Notes: generated from the letters alone by a model not told the origin. A stretch of DNA of 64,000 bases from Giesbergeria sp. (GCA_026647025.1 JAPKHH010000004.1:12743-76742); one strand, 5' to 3'; shown: positions 50,783-60,029, counted from the stretch's first letter. Translations and numbers: made by a program.

Positions 50783-50872
50783 GCCGCCCCGCCGCGCTGG
50801 CTGCGTCCCCCTGCCCGCAGGCTGCAGGCCTGCGAGAGCGGGGGGAAGCGCCGCAGGCGCTCAGGGGGGTGT
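50783..50872. repeat. GC-rich nested-hairpin (REP/MITE-like) element between ubiU and ubiV
   Basis: CCCCCTG [CGCAGGC/GCCTGCG stem] GGGGGA [AGCGCC-GCA-GGCGCT] CAGGGGG. Confidence 0.55.
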
Positions 50873-50876
50873 TCCC

Positions 50877-51932
50877 TCATTTCCAGGGGCGGTGGTAGGC
50901 GCCCAGGGTGTGCTGCTGGCCCTCGGCGACCTGGTCCAGGCTGGCCATCCAGGTGGTCTTGGGGGCATAGCGCAGCGGGTCGGCCAGGCAGTTGTCGATG
51001 GCTTCGCGCCAGACTTTGGTGACCTGGGCGGCGTAGGCGGGGCTGCGCTGGCGGCCTTCGATCTTGACGGCGCGCACACCGATCTTCATCAGTTCTGGCA
51101 GCAGTTCCAGCGTGTTCAGGCTGGTCGGCTCTTCGATGGCGTAGTAGTTGGTGTCTTCAGCCACGTCGAAGCGCCCCTTGCACAACGTGGGGTAACCGGC
51201 GTTCTCGCCGGGCGCGTAGCGGTCGATCAGCACGCCGTTCAGGCGCGACTCAAGCCCCTTGGGCGTTTCCTGCCAGCGCACGGCCTTGGGCGGCGAGCAC
51301 ACGCCGTGCGTGTTGGGCGACTCGCCTGTCACATACGACGACAGCGCGCAGCGCCCTTCGACCATGACGCACAGGCTGCCAAAACCGAAGACTTCGATCT
51401 CGACCGGCGTGCGGTCGATCACGCGCCGAACCTGCTCCATCGACAGCACGCGCGGCAGCACGGCGCGCACGACGCCGAACTGCTCGCGGTAGAAGTTGAT
51501 CGCATCTGCGCTGGTGGCCGAGCCCTGCACCGACAGGTGCAGGCGCAGTTGGGGGTGGTGCTGCGCGGCGTACTGCATCAGGCCCGGGTCGGCCAGGATG
51601 ACCGCGTCCACACCCAGGTCCACCGCCTTGTCCACGGCCGCACGCCAGGGCGCGGGGTTGGCCGCCTGCGGGTAGGTGTTGAGCGCCATGAACACCTTGC
51701 AGCCCCGGCTGTGGGCGTAGGCAATGCCGCTGGCGATGGCGGCCTCGTCAAAGTTCAGTCCGGCGAAGTTGCGCGCATTGGTGGCGTCGCGCAGGCCCAG
51801 GTAGACGCAGCTGGCACCGTTGTCGACGGCGGCCTTGAGCGCGGGCAGGCTGCCTGCGGGGCAGACCAGTTCAAAGGGTGCCGCTGCAGGATCACTGCCG
51901 GTGGCGAGGGGGGAGGGGGTCAGGGTTTGCAT
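50877..51932 (-). CDS. ubiU: U32-family O2-independent ubiquinone hydroxylase subunit
   Basis: ELVCPAGS, SLCVMVEGRCALSSY, GVCSP, PTLCKGRF, KIEGRQRSP. Confidence 0.93.
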   Translation of the reverse strand: MQTLTPSPLATGSDPAAAPFELVCPAGSLPALKAAVDNGASCVYLGLRDATNARNFAGLNFDEAAIASGIAYAHSRGCKVFMALNTYPQAANPAPWRAAVDKAVDLGVDAVILADPGLMQYAAQHHPQLRLHLSVQGSATSADAINFYREQFGVVRAVLPRVLSMEQVRRVIDRTPVEIEVFGFGSLCVMVEGRCALSSYVTGESPNTHGVCSPPKAVRWQETPKGLESRLNGVLIDRYAPGENAGYPTLCKGRFDVAEDTNYYAIEEPTSLNTLELLPELMKIGVRAVKIEGRQRSPAYAAQVTKVWREAIDNCLADPLRYAPKTTWMASLDQVAEGQQHTLGAYHRPWK

Positions 51933-52014
51933 GCGGTCGGGGGTTCGGACGCGGGCGCACGGACAGGCGCCATCGCACAGCGCGCAACGATACGCCGCGA
52001 CAAATACCCATGTC

Positions 52015-52028
52015 CTGACATTTGTCAA
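52015..52028 (-). promoter_or_regulatory. FNR-family site with class II promoter geometry for ubiU
   Basis: Minus strand TTGAC-AAAT-GTCAG; a -10-like TATCGT at 51992-51987 sits where a -41.5 site predicts. Confidence 0.65.
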
Positions 52029-52125
52029 GGTCACCGGCAATGCCGGGCGGCGCTGTCGGGCATGCTGGCCTGCACGGCGGTGCTGGTGGTTCGTGGTGAA
52101 GTGGCGGACAATATGTGCACACACC

Positions 52126-53307
52126 ATGAACAAGAATCTGTGGCTGCTTGCCCTGTGCCAGGGGCTTTTCCTGACCAACAACGTGGTCTTCATCGCCATC
52201 AATGGCCTGGTGGGGCTGCAGCTGGCGCCTTTTGGCTGGATGGCCACGCTGCCCGTCATGGGCTATGTCGTGGGCGGTGCGCTCTCCACCCCTCTGGTGG
52301 CGCGCAGCCAGGCCTTGTGGGGGCGGCGCGTGTCGTTCCAGCTCGGGCTGGTGGTGGCGTTCCTGTCGGCCGCGCTGTGCGCCTGGGCGGCATTCAGTGC
52401 CAATTTCTGGCTGCTGTGTGCGGCCACGGTGGTGGCAGGGTACTACAGCGCCAACGGCCAGCTCTATCGCTTTGCAGCCGCCGAGCTGGCGGCACCGACG
52501 TTCCGTGAGAAGGCGGTGTCGCTGGTCCTTGCGGGCGGGCTGCTGGGTGCGGTGGCGGGCCCCAACCTGGCCAGCGGCACGCGCACGCTGTTTGCCGTGC
52601 CGTTTGCCGGTGCCTACATCGCGCTGATGCTGGTGGCCTTGTTGTCCATGGCCTGCATGGCGGCCGTGCGTTTTGAATCCAAGGCGCCCCCTGCGCCGGG
52701 TAGCGCGGCGCCGCCTGCGGGACGCTCCCTGGGGGAACTGCTGCGCCAGCCCGCTTTTGCCGTGGCGGTGCTCGGTGCGGCCCTCGGCTATGGGGTGATG
52801 AACCTGCTGATGGCTGCCACGCCGCTGGCCATGCAGGTGTGCGGATTCAGTTTCGACTCGGCCGCGCTGGTGCTCGAATGGCATGTGATCGGCATGTTCG
52901 CCCCCGGCTTCTTCACCGGCCACCTGATCAAGCGCCTGGGCACCTTGCCGGTGATGCTGGTCGGGGTGGTGCTCAACCTGGTGTGCGTGGGCATTGCGCT
53001 GTCGGGCCAGGAGATCATGCATTTCACCGCTGCCCTGTTCCTGCTGGGTGTGGGTTGGAACTTTCTGTTCACGGGCAGCACCACGCTGGCCATCACCGCC
53101 TACCGGCCCGAGGAAAAAGACCGTGCGCAGGGCGCCATCAACTTCTTCGTGTTCGCCACCATGGCGGTCACCTCGCTGGCCTCGGGCGCGCTGGTCACCA
53201 CCAGCGGCTGGTCGTGGCTGAACCTGGCTTCGCTGCCGCCGCTGCTGCTTACCGGGGCTGCCCTGCTGTGGCTCATGGCTCGCCAGCGCCGCGCGGTGGC
53301 GGCCTGA
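52126..53307 (+). CDS. MFS transporter
   Basis: 12 TM; LYRFAAAE, HVIGMFAPG, GVGWNFLF. Confidence 0.9.
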   Translation: MNKNLWLLALCQGLFLTNNVVFIAINGLVGLQLAPFGWMATLPVMGYVVGGALSTPLVARSQALWGRRVSFQLGLVVAFLSAALCAWAAFSANFWLLCAATVVAGYYSANGQLYRFAAAELAAPTFREKAVSLVLAGGLLGAVAGPNLASGTRTLFAVPFAGAYIALMLVALLSMACMAAVRFESKAPPAPGSAAPPAGRSLGELLRQPAFAVAVLGAALGYGVMNLLMAATPLAMQVCGFSFDSAALVLEWHVIGMFAPGFFTGHLIKRLGTLPVMLVGVVLNLVCVGIALSGQEIMHFTAALFLLGVGWNFLFTGSTTLAITAYRPEEKDRAQGAINFFVFATMAVTSLASGALVTTSGWSWLNLASLPPLLLTGAALLWLMARQRRAVAA

Positions 53308-53363
53308 GCGCTGCCCGCCACCGGTTTGAGTCGCGGCGATGGGCCGATGGATGTTTTGCCGGA

Positions 53364-53418
53364 TCTATCTAAAATGATAGCTATCAGCGCTTGTCCATCA
53401 AGCGATTGAAGCCTATTT
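53364..53418 (+). repeat. Dispersed bipartite palindromic repeat, copy 7 (overlaps the hydrolase stop codon)
   Basis: TCTAT-N8-ATAGC, GCGCTTGTCCATCAAGCG, GAAGCCTATTT. Confidence 0.85.
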
Positions 53419-54282
53419 GTTCACTATTTTTGGCGGGAAATGCCCAGCCAGCCACTGGTGCAGCGCAGCGAACACCGGCGCGGCGTCCCGCTCGTTGAAC
53501 AACTCGTGCCAGAGCGCCTCGAAGCACTGCGACTGCACTACGCCGGGTGGCGCTGCGGCAGCGAAGGCGGCGCTGCCTGCGGGCTGCACCAGGCGGTCGT
53601 CACCCGCCCACATGAGCAGCGTGGGCACGCTCCAGTGCGCCGCGCGCGCCACGGTGGCCGGGCCACCGTCGGCGATGAAGCGGGCCAGGCGCGCACTGAT
53701 GCGGTCGTGGCACAGCGGGTCGGCCTGGTAGGCTGCGACCACGGCCGGATCGTGCGAGAGGTACTGGGCGTCGAGCCCGTTGTGGATGCGCAGGTTGGGT
53801 GCGATGCCCGGCAGCGTGGCCAGCAGGGCTTTTTGCACAGCGTTGAGCCCTGGGTCGAGTGCGGGCGAGGACAGCACCAGGGCATCGACCGGCCGCAGGT
53901 GCATGGCCACAAAACGCGCCGCCACCAGCCCGCCCATGCTGTGGCCCAGCAGCACCAGCGGCAGGCCTTCGGGGGTGCGCGCGCGGGTGGCGTCCACCAT
54001 GTCGGCCAGGTCGTCGAGCAGGCGCATGTCGTGGTTCAGTCCGCCACGCGGCCCGCCCGACTGGCCGTGGCCATACTGGTCGTAGGCGCGTACCGCAAAG
54101 CCCCAGGCATTGAGGTGCTGCGCCACGGCGTGGTAGCGCCCTGCATGTTCGCCCAGGCCATGCACCAGGAGCACGGTGCCGCGCTGGGCGCTGCCCTCGG
54201 CCAGGGGCCAGTCGTATACGGCCAGGTTTTCGCCGTCGTTGGCGGTGTAGGCGGTCAGGGTGAAGTCGGCGGTGTCGAACAT
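53413..54282 (-). CDS. Alpha/beta hydrolase (lysophospholipase/monoacylglycerol lipase family)
   Basis: LLVHGLGEHAGRY, GHGQSGG, GHSMGG nucleophile elbow, WHELFNE. Confidence 0.9.
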   Translation of the reverse strand: MFDTADFTLTAYTANDGENLAVYDWPLAEGSAQRGTVLLVHGLGEHAGRYHAVAQHLNAWGFAVRAYDQYGHGQSGGPRGGLNHDMRLLDDLADMVDATRARTPEGLPLVLLGHSMGGLVAARFVAMHLRPVDALVLSSPALDPGLNAVQKALLATLPGIAPNLRIHNGLDAQYLSHDPAVVAAYQADPLCHDRISARLARFIADGGPATVARAAHWSVPTLLMWAGDDRLVQPAGSAAFAAAAPPGVVQSQCFEALWHELFNERDAAPVFAALHQWLAGHFPPKIVNK

Positions 54283-54378
54283 GGCATGCGCGGCAGGGTT
54301 GTGGACAGAGGGAGGCAGGCAGCGGACATGATAGGCGGTTGCGGCCCGGTGTGTCGTCCGCGCCGCCTGCAGCGCGGG

Positions 54379-55434
54379 TCAGGGCCCCGGGCCGCCCGGG
54401 TCCGGCGCGGGCGGCCCTTGCCGGGCCAGCCAGCGCGTGAGGGGCGGGCCGGTGACCAGCACCATCAGAAAGCGTGCCAGCTGCATGGCCATCACAAAGC
54501 TGGTTTCCACCGCGCTGGTGGCAGCAATGACGGCCATGGAATCGGCGCCGCCAGGAGAAGTGGCCAGGTAGGCGCTCAGCGGGTCCAGCCCGGCGGCCCC
54601 GACCAGCACCGCCCCCAGGGCCATGCCCGCGCCCATCAGCAGGCCAATGGCTGCCAGCACCTGGGGCAGGGCACGCCAGGCGTGCAGCAGAACCGCCCGC
54701 GTGAACCGCAGTCCCACGCTCCAGCCAATGGCAGCATAGGCCAGCGCCATCAGGGCGGGCGGCAGGCCCGGCGTCAGGCCCCAGCCCACCTGCACCGCCA
54801 CGGCCGCCACCAGGGGCAGCACCATGGCACCTCCGGGAAGGGTCCAGCGCCGCGCCAGCCAGGCACCGCCCAGCACCAGGGCCGCAGTGACCAGCAGGTC
54901 CGCCGGTGCGCCCATTGCCAGCCATTGCACCGCAGCCGGCTCCATGGGCTGGTGGCCGCCTGCAGCGCGCGCCACCAGGGCCGCGACCAGGGTCACCACC
55001 ACGACGCGGGTGTACTGCATGAAGGCCACCAGGCGCACATCGGCACCACACTGATCGGCCATCACCACCATGGCCGACGCCGCGCCCGGTGCCATGCCCC
55101 AGAGGGCGGTGGTGTCGGGCATGACCTGGCGGCGCATCAGCCACCAGCCCAGGGCGCTGCTGGCTGCGATCAGCAGCACGGTGCCAGCCAGAAAGAGGGG
55201 CCACTGCCGCAGCACCGGGCCCAGCTGTGCGGGGTGCAGGCTCTGCGCCATCAGGCAGCCCAGCAAGCCCTGCCCCCAGCCAAACGCGATGTGGGGAACC
55301 GCCAGTTGCACGCCCCGGGTCGAAAACACCAGGGCGCCCAGCATGCAGCCCAGCAAGACGGCGGCCGGAACATGCAGCGCCAGCAGCGCGGCCGACAGCG
55401 CGGCGCTGACCAGGCCCAGTGCCAGCCAGCGCAT
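54379..55434 (-). CDS. AbrB-duplication membrane protein (AbrB/AidB-regulator-like)
   Basis: Duplicated PGAASAM / PGGADSM motifs; lies downstream of tctA. Confidence 0.8.
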   Translation of the reverse strand: MRWLALGLVSAALSAALLALHVPAAVLLGCMLGALVFSTRGVQLAVPHIAFGWGQGLLGCLMAQSLHPAQLGPVLRQWPLFLAGTVLLIAASSALGWWLMRRQVMPDTTALWGMAPGAASAMVVMADQCGADVRLVAFMQYTRVVVVTLVAALVARAAGGHQPMEPAAVQWLAMGAPADLLVTAALVLGGAWLARRWTLPGGAMVLPLVAAVAVQVGWGLTPGLPPALMALAYAAIGWSVGLRFTRAVLLHAWRALPQVLAAIGLLMGAGMALGAVLVGAAGLDPLSAYLATSPGGADSMAVIAATSAVETSFVMAMQLARFLMVLVTGPPLTRWLARQGPPAPDPGGPGP

Positions 55435-55450
55435 GGCCGAACCCGGCCTC

Positions 55451-56953
55451 TCAGGCGGCTGCCGCACCGCCGCGCGACCAGCGCCGGTACAGCGGGGGCA
55501 GCAGCAGCATGGCGGCCACACCGACCCACAGTCCCACGGTGATGGGACTGCCCCACAGGATGGACAGGTCCCCGTTGGTGATGGACAGTGCACGGCGCAG
55601 GTTTTGCTCCATCAGGTCGCCCAGCACAAAACCCAGGATCAACGGGGCCATCGGCACCCCGGCCTTGCGCAACAGGTAGCCTGCAATGCCAAAGCCCCCC
55701 ATGAGCAGCAGGTCGAACGTGGTGGCATGGATGGAATACACGCCCACGGCGCTGATGGCCAGAATGCCCGGCACCAGCAGCCAGTTGGGCACCAGCAGCA
55801 GCCGCGTGAACACCCCCACCAGCGGAATATTGATGAGCAGCAGCAACGCATTGGCAACGAACATGGAGGCGATCAGCCCCCACACCAGGGCGGGTTGCTG
55901 CGTGAACAGGGCAGGGCCTGGCGTGATGTTGTAGAGCGACAGCGCCCCGACCATGACGGCCGTGGTGCCCGAGCCCGGCACACCCAGTGTGAGCATCGGA
56001 ATGAACGAGCCGTTGGCCGAGGCGTTGTTGGCCGCCTCGGGTGCACTCACGCCGCGGATATCGCCCTGGCCAAAACTGCCGTCCTTGTCGTTCAGGCGCT
56101 TCTCCACCGAGTAGGCCATGGCGCTGGCGATGGTGGCGCCGGCGCCGGGCAGCACGCCAACCACAAATCCCAGCAGCGACGACCGCACGATGGTCCAGCC
56201 GGTCAGCGCCAGCTCCCGGGCATTGAAGATCGTCCGCCCCACCGTGCGAATCAGGCCGCTGGTACTGGCCTGGTGCTCCAGCATGAGCAGGATCTCGCTG
56301 ACCGAGAACAGACCGATCACCACCACGATGAACTGGATGCCGTCGGACAGGTGTACGTTGTCACCCGTGAAGCGGTACACGCCCGAATTGCTGTCCAGCC
56401 CCACCGTGGACAGCGACAGGCCCAGCGCCGCGCCCAGCACTGCCTTGATGGGCTGGTTGCCCATCAGCCCGGTGATGCAGGCAAAGGCAAAGCACATCAG
56501 CGCAAAGTATTCGGCCGGACCAAAGGCCAGCGCCCAGCGCGCCAGCAGCGGCGCAAACAGCACGATGCCGGCGGTGGCAATGGTCGAGCCCACGAACGAG
56601 GCCCAGGCCGAGATCGACAGCGCCACGCCCCCCTGGCCCTTGCGTGCCATGGGATGGCCGTCGATGGCGGTCATGATGGCGCCCGCATCCCCCGGCACGT
56701 TCAGCAGGATGGAAGAAATGCGGCCGCCAAACTCGCAGCCGATGTAGACGGCAGTGAGCAGGATCAGCGCCGTCTCGGGCGGCAGCTTGAGCGCAAAGGC
56801 CAGCGGCATCAGCAAAGCCACGCCGTTGATCGGCCCCAGGCCCGGGAGCATGCCCACGATGGTGCCGATCAGTGCGCCCAGGGCGGCCACCATCAGGTTG
56901 ACGGGCAGCAGGGCGACGCCAAAACCCTGGGCCAGGTGTTGCAGGGTATCCAT
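55451..56953 (-). CDS. tctA: Tripartite tricarboxylate transporter, large membrane subunit
   Basis: GMLPGLGP, LLNVPGD, PEAANNA, LGVPGSGTTAV. Confidence 0.95.
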   Translation of the reverse strand: MDTLQHLAQGFGVALLPVNLMVAALGALIGTIVGMLPGLGPINGVALLMPLAFALKLPPETALILLTAVYIGCEFGGRISSILLNVPGDAGAIMTAIDGHPMARKGQGGVALSISAWASFVGSTIATAGIVLFAPLLARWALAFGPAEYFALMCFAFACITGLMGNQPIKAVLGAALGLSLSTVGLDSNSGVYRFTGDNVHLSDGIQFIVVVIGLFSVSEILLMLEHQASTSGLIRTVGRTIFNARELALTGWTIVRSSLLGFVVGVLPGAGATIASAMAYSVEKRLNDKDGSFGQGDIRGVSAPEAANNASANGSFIPMLTLGVPGSGTTAVMVGALSLYNITPGPALFTQQPALVWGLIASMFVANALLLLINIPLVGVFTRLLLVPNWLLVPGILAISAVGVYSIHATTFDLLLMGGFGIAGYLLRKAGVPMAPLILGFVLGDLMEQNLRRALSITNGDLSILWGSPITVGLWVGVAAMLLLPPLYRRWSRGGAAAA

Positions 56954-56954
56954 C

Positions 56955-57425
56955 TCAGCGCCCTCCCAGCACAAAGGCCAGCACGCCCGTGGGCAGGATC
57001 ACGTCCAGCAGCTTGTCAAACAAAAAGAACAGGCCCAGGCCCAGGCCCAGGCCACCGACCAGACTGGCCCGCAGCGTGCCGCCAAAGGCCCTGCCCACCG
57101 GCAGGGCCATCAGCGTGGTGGCCAGCACAAAGCCGAGCCACTGGAACACCGCGCCATACACCAGCACACTGCCCGCGCACAACAGCACGGCGACCCCGTC
57201 GAGCCGCGAGGTGGGGGCCAGCACGGGCGTGCCACCGGCGGGCGCTGCGCGGCCGGGCGCGACCACCAGCCAGGTGCCCACCAGCGCCAGTACGGCCGCC
57301 AGCAGCAGGGGAAAGGCGCGGGGCCCTACCGGTTCGTAGGAAATTTCAGCGGCGTAGCCGCGTGCGGCCCAGGCCATTGCTGCGCCCAGGGCGAGGCACA
57401 GCGCCCCAAGAATGCGATCAACCAT
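56955..57425 (-). CDS. tctB: Tripartite tricarboxylate transporter, small membrane subunit
   Basis: EPVGPRAFP, LGFVLAT, LDVILPTG; 4 TM. Confidence 0.9.
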   Translation of the reverse strand: MVDRILGALCLALGAAMAWAARGYAAEISYEPVGPRAFPLLLAAVLALVGTWLVVAPGRAAPAGGTPVLAPTSRLDGVAVLLCAGSVLVYGAVFQWLGFVLATTLMALPVGRAFGGTLRASLVGGLGLGLGLFFLFDKLLDVILPTGVLAFVLGGR

Positions 57426-57512
57426 GGTGTGCTCTCAAAAAAAGGCAGGCAGGGACAAAGAGAAACTGCAGGCGCAGCAGGCGCAGCACGCGCAGCGCTG
57501 CACCCGTGCGGC

Positions 57513-58499
57513 CTACTGGGCGACCTTCAGGTGAAAGTCGGCGGCCAGCTGGCGGTACGCCGCCATGCGCTCCTTGATGAACACGTCGAGCTCCTTGCCC
57601 GTCAGCGCAAACTTGAACAGGCCGCGCTCGGCCCGCAGCTTGTCGTACTGGGGGGTGGCCATCATCTTGGCAAAAGTGTCGCTCCACACCTTGAAATCGG
57701 CGTCGCTCACCTTGGGCCCCATGTAGAAGCCGCGGATGATGGGCCACTGCACATCGAAGCCCAGCTCCTTCATGGTGGGCACGCTGCCCATCGAACCTTC
57801 GAGGCGCTTGTCGGCCAGCACGGCCAGCACGCGGATCTTGGCGCCGGCCTTGATCTGCTCCTCGGCCTCGGAGGCGTCGCCCGAGTACACCTGCACATGG
57901 CCGCCCTGCAGCGCCGTAATGGCTTCGCCGCCGCCTTCAAACGCCACAAAGCGCATGCTCTTGGGGTCGAGGCCTGCGGCACGGGCTGTGAGTGCGGCCT
58001 TCATCCAGTCCTGGCTGCCGACGCTGCCACCGGCGCCAAACACCACCTTGCCGGGGTCGGCCTTGATGGCGGCGATCAGATCCTTGATGGATTTGAGGGG
58101 GGAGCTCTCGGCCACGATCACGGCACCGTAATCTGCGCCGATGGCAGCCAGCCAGCGCACATCGTTCTCGTTGTAGCGGCCGAATTTGCCCTGGGCCAGG
58201 TTCAGCAGGGAACCGCCGGAATAGGCCACGATGGTGTTGGCTTCGGCAGGGCGCTGGGCCACCACGGCGTTGTAGGCCACCGCACCAATGCCGCCGGGCA
58301 TGTAGCTGATGCGCATGGGGTCGCTGAGGAATTTGCCCTCCTGCAGCGCGCCCTGCGCCAGCTTGCAGGTCAGGTCAAAGCCGCCGCCGGGCTTGGCCGG
58401 GGCAATGCACTCGGTCTTGTCCAGCGGCCCGGCCTGGGCCATGGAAGCGAGCAAGGCTGCAGCAGCGCCGAGCGCAGCAAAGGAAGTACGCAGTGTCAT
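57513..58499 (-). CDS. tctC: Tripartite tricarboxylate transporter, periplasmic binding protein (Bug)
   Basis: CIAPAKPGGGFD, YMPGGIG, GSVGSQDW, FEGGGEA. Confidence 0.95.
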   Translation of the reverse strand: MTLRTSFAALGAAAALLASMAQAGPLDKTECIAPAKPGGGFDLTCKLAQGALQEGKFLSDPMRISYMPGGIGAVAYNAVVAQRPAEANTIVAYSGGSLLNLAQGKFGRYNENDVRWLAAIGADYGAVIVAESSPLKSIKDLIAAIKADPGKVVFGAGGSVGSQDWMKAALTARAAGLDPKSMRFVAFEGGGEAITALQGGHVQVYSGDASEAEEQIKAGAKIRVLAVLADKRLEGSMGSVPTMKELGFDVQWPIIRGFYMGPKVSDADFKVWSDTFAKMMATPQYDKLRAERGLFKFALTGKELDVFIKERMAAYRQLAADFHLKVAQ

Positions 58500-58761
58500 G
58501 GAGGTCTCCTGTCATTGAATGGGACGCCCCCACTGCGGCGGCAGCGCGCACTGGGGAGTGAGCGCACTGTAGAAAAAAGCGGCTTTCGGGCGGCTTTCAG
58601 AAATGGCAGGGAAATTTGGGGGTTTACCCTGGGTTTGAAGGGTGCCACAGGGCACGGTGGCACAGCTTGCGGGGGCGGAGGGCGAGTGGCCTTGGCGCGC
58701 GAATGGAGGGGCCAGTGGCAGGTGCCGACCCTGGCGTGGCGCAGGGGTTGCGCTAGCCCAT

Positions 58762-58785
58762 GGCGGGTGGGCAGCGGAAGCGGTC
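58762..58785 (+). repeat. Left imperfect inverted repeat bounding the IS91-relic/cassette insert
   Basis: GGCGGGTGGG...GAAGCGGTC mirrors the reverse complement of 60030-60056 (GGCCGGTGGG...GAAGCGGTC). Confidence 0.55.
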
Positions 58786-58842
58786 ATTCATTGCACCAAT
58801 CTACGGAGTGCATCCAACGGGCTGGTGCGAACGACAACGCCA

Positions 58843-59002
58843 GTCGGCCCAGGCGTTCATGGCGCGCGTGGCCAAGATGGATGTGGATGTGTGTCCGTGC
58901 TGTAAGGTGGGGCATTTGCCGGTGATGGCTGTGCTGCTGGGGCGGGTGCGTTTGCTATCCCCGGCGCACCCCAGCGCACCGCTCAATCGGGGGCCGCCAT
59001 GA
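58843..59002 (+). pseudogene. C-terminal relic of an IS91-family transposase
   Basis: SAQAFMARVAKMDVDVCPCCKVGHL...RGPP* resembles the C-terminal Zn-ribbon tail of IS91-like transposases; catalytic part absent. Confidence 0.65.
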
Positions 59003-59250
59003 AGGTGTGCGGATCTTGTCCGTACCGGTTTGCATTGCACAAGCAGCTTGTGGGGGTGTGGCTGTGCCACTTGCCCGCCAAGGAATGCACGGTGTGCAAG
59101 GCGTCACGCGGCAGCAACAGATTTGCGCCCCATTTACGAATCGGCGGCATTGATGCACGCCTGGCGCGGCGGTTCAGCCGTTCATAATTGCATTACACGG
59201 GGGTGCGAAGCTTTCAATCCCCTATTGCCACCGGCAGCGTCGGCGGTTCA

Positions 59251-59333
59251 GTCCAACAAGGTTTATCTGCCGCGGGAGGCGCCATGGATCGTTTCAGCAT
59301 CGCAGCGCGGCAGATAAACGCTATTCGTTAGTT
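59251..59333 (+). mobile_element. attC-like recombination site (atypical), left of the cassette
   Basis: R'' GTCCAAC; perfect 14-bp stem GTTTATCTGCCGCG/CGCGGCAGATAAAC; R' GTTAGTT. Confidence 0.6.
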
Positions 59334-59339
59334 GCACGC

Positions 59340-59945
59340 ATGTCGGCCGCACCGCACTTCTTGTCCGTCCTTGGGCCGATCATTGCCGCTTGCATCGCGG
59401 CAGTGGTTTCGTTTCTTGCCCTCGTCATCTCGAAAGAGAACAAGACGTCTGAATTCCGACAGGCATGGATTGACGGTCTCCGGCAAGACCTTTCGCAGTT
59501 TGCGGCGAACCTTCGGAGGCTAGAGGCACAGCCCACCTATGTGGATTGGAAGGCGCTGACCAGCAGCACTATGAAGGAGACTCTCGACGCTGCGAATGAG
59601 CGCGCGCTCAGGCCTGACTTCTTTGCCGAGAACCGCCTCAGGCTACTTCAGTCACGGTATGCGATCCGCCTTCGCCTGAACCCAGGTGAGGCCAACGGAA
59701 TGGCGCTGTTGGCCCAGGTTGATAAAGCCCTGGAGGCCTACTACTCTTCTGCGGATGTCGAAGCAGAGCTCGAAAGCCTCATGAACTTGGCGCAACCCTT
59801 CTTGAAGCAAGAGTGGGTACGAGTGAAAAAGGGAGAGCCAGTTTTTCGTGCGTCCGTCGTCGTAGCAAAGTGGCTGGCCGCAGTCCTTGCCGCGCTGGTG
59901 CTCGTTGGTGCCTATTTGGTATGGAAGGCCGCGAGCGCAACTTAA
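59340..59945 (+). CDS. Integron-type cassette ORF: 2-TM hypothetical protein
   Basis: Starts 12 bp after the GTT core and stops inside the next RYYYAAC; more A/T-rich than the flanks; N- and C-terminal TM segments. Confidence 0.8.
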   Translation: MSAAPHFLSVLGPIIAACIAAVVSFLALVISKENKTSEFRQAWIDGLRQDLSQFAANLRRLEAQPTYVDWKALTSSTMKETLDAANERALRPDFFAENRLRLLQSRYAIRLRLNPGEANGMALLAQVDKALEAYYSSADVEAELESLMNLAQPFLKQEWVRVKKGEPVFRASVVVAKWLAAVLAALVLVGAYLVWKAASAT

Positions 59946-60029
59946 CATGTCCGTCAACCCGGACGCCTTGCGGCGTCCCGGCGCTGCGCGCCTTCCTGCC
60001 GCAAGTCGCCGGTTACGTCTAAGTTAATC
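59940..60029 (+). mobile_element. attC site
   Basis: R'' ACTTAAC, 5 nt, L'' CGTCAACC (one extrahelical base versus L' GGTTACG), central stem CTTGCGGC/GCCGCAAG, R' GTTAATC. Confidence 0.78.

Noticed and set aside
49731-52508. 925-aa plus-strand ORF over ubiV/ubiU
   Set aside because: Shadow frame; the minus-strand genes carry all conserved Fe-S Cys.
54379-55434. Ammonia monooxygenase (a legacy label for this family)
   Set aside because: AbrB-duplication membrane protein commonly found after tctA; no amoCAB features.
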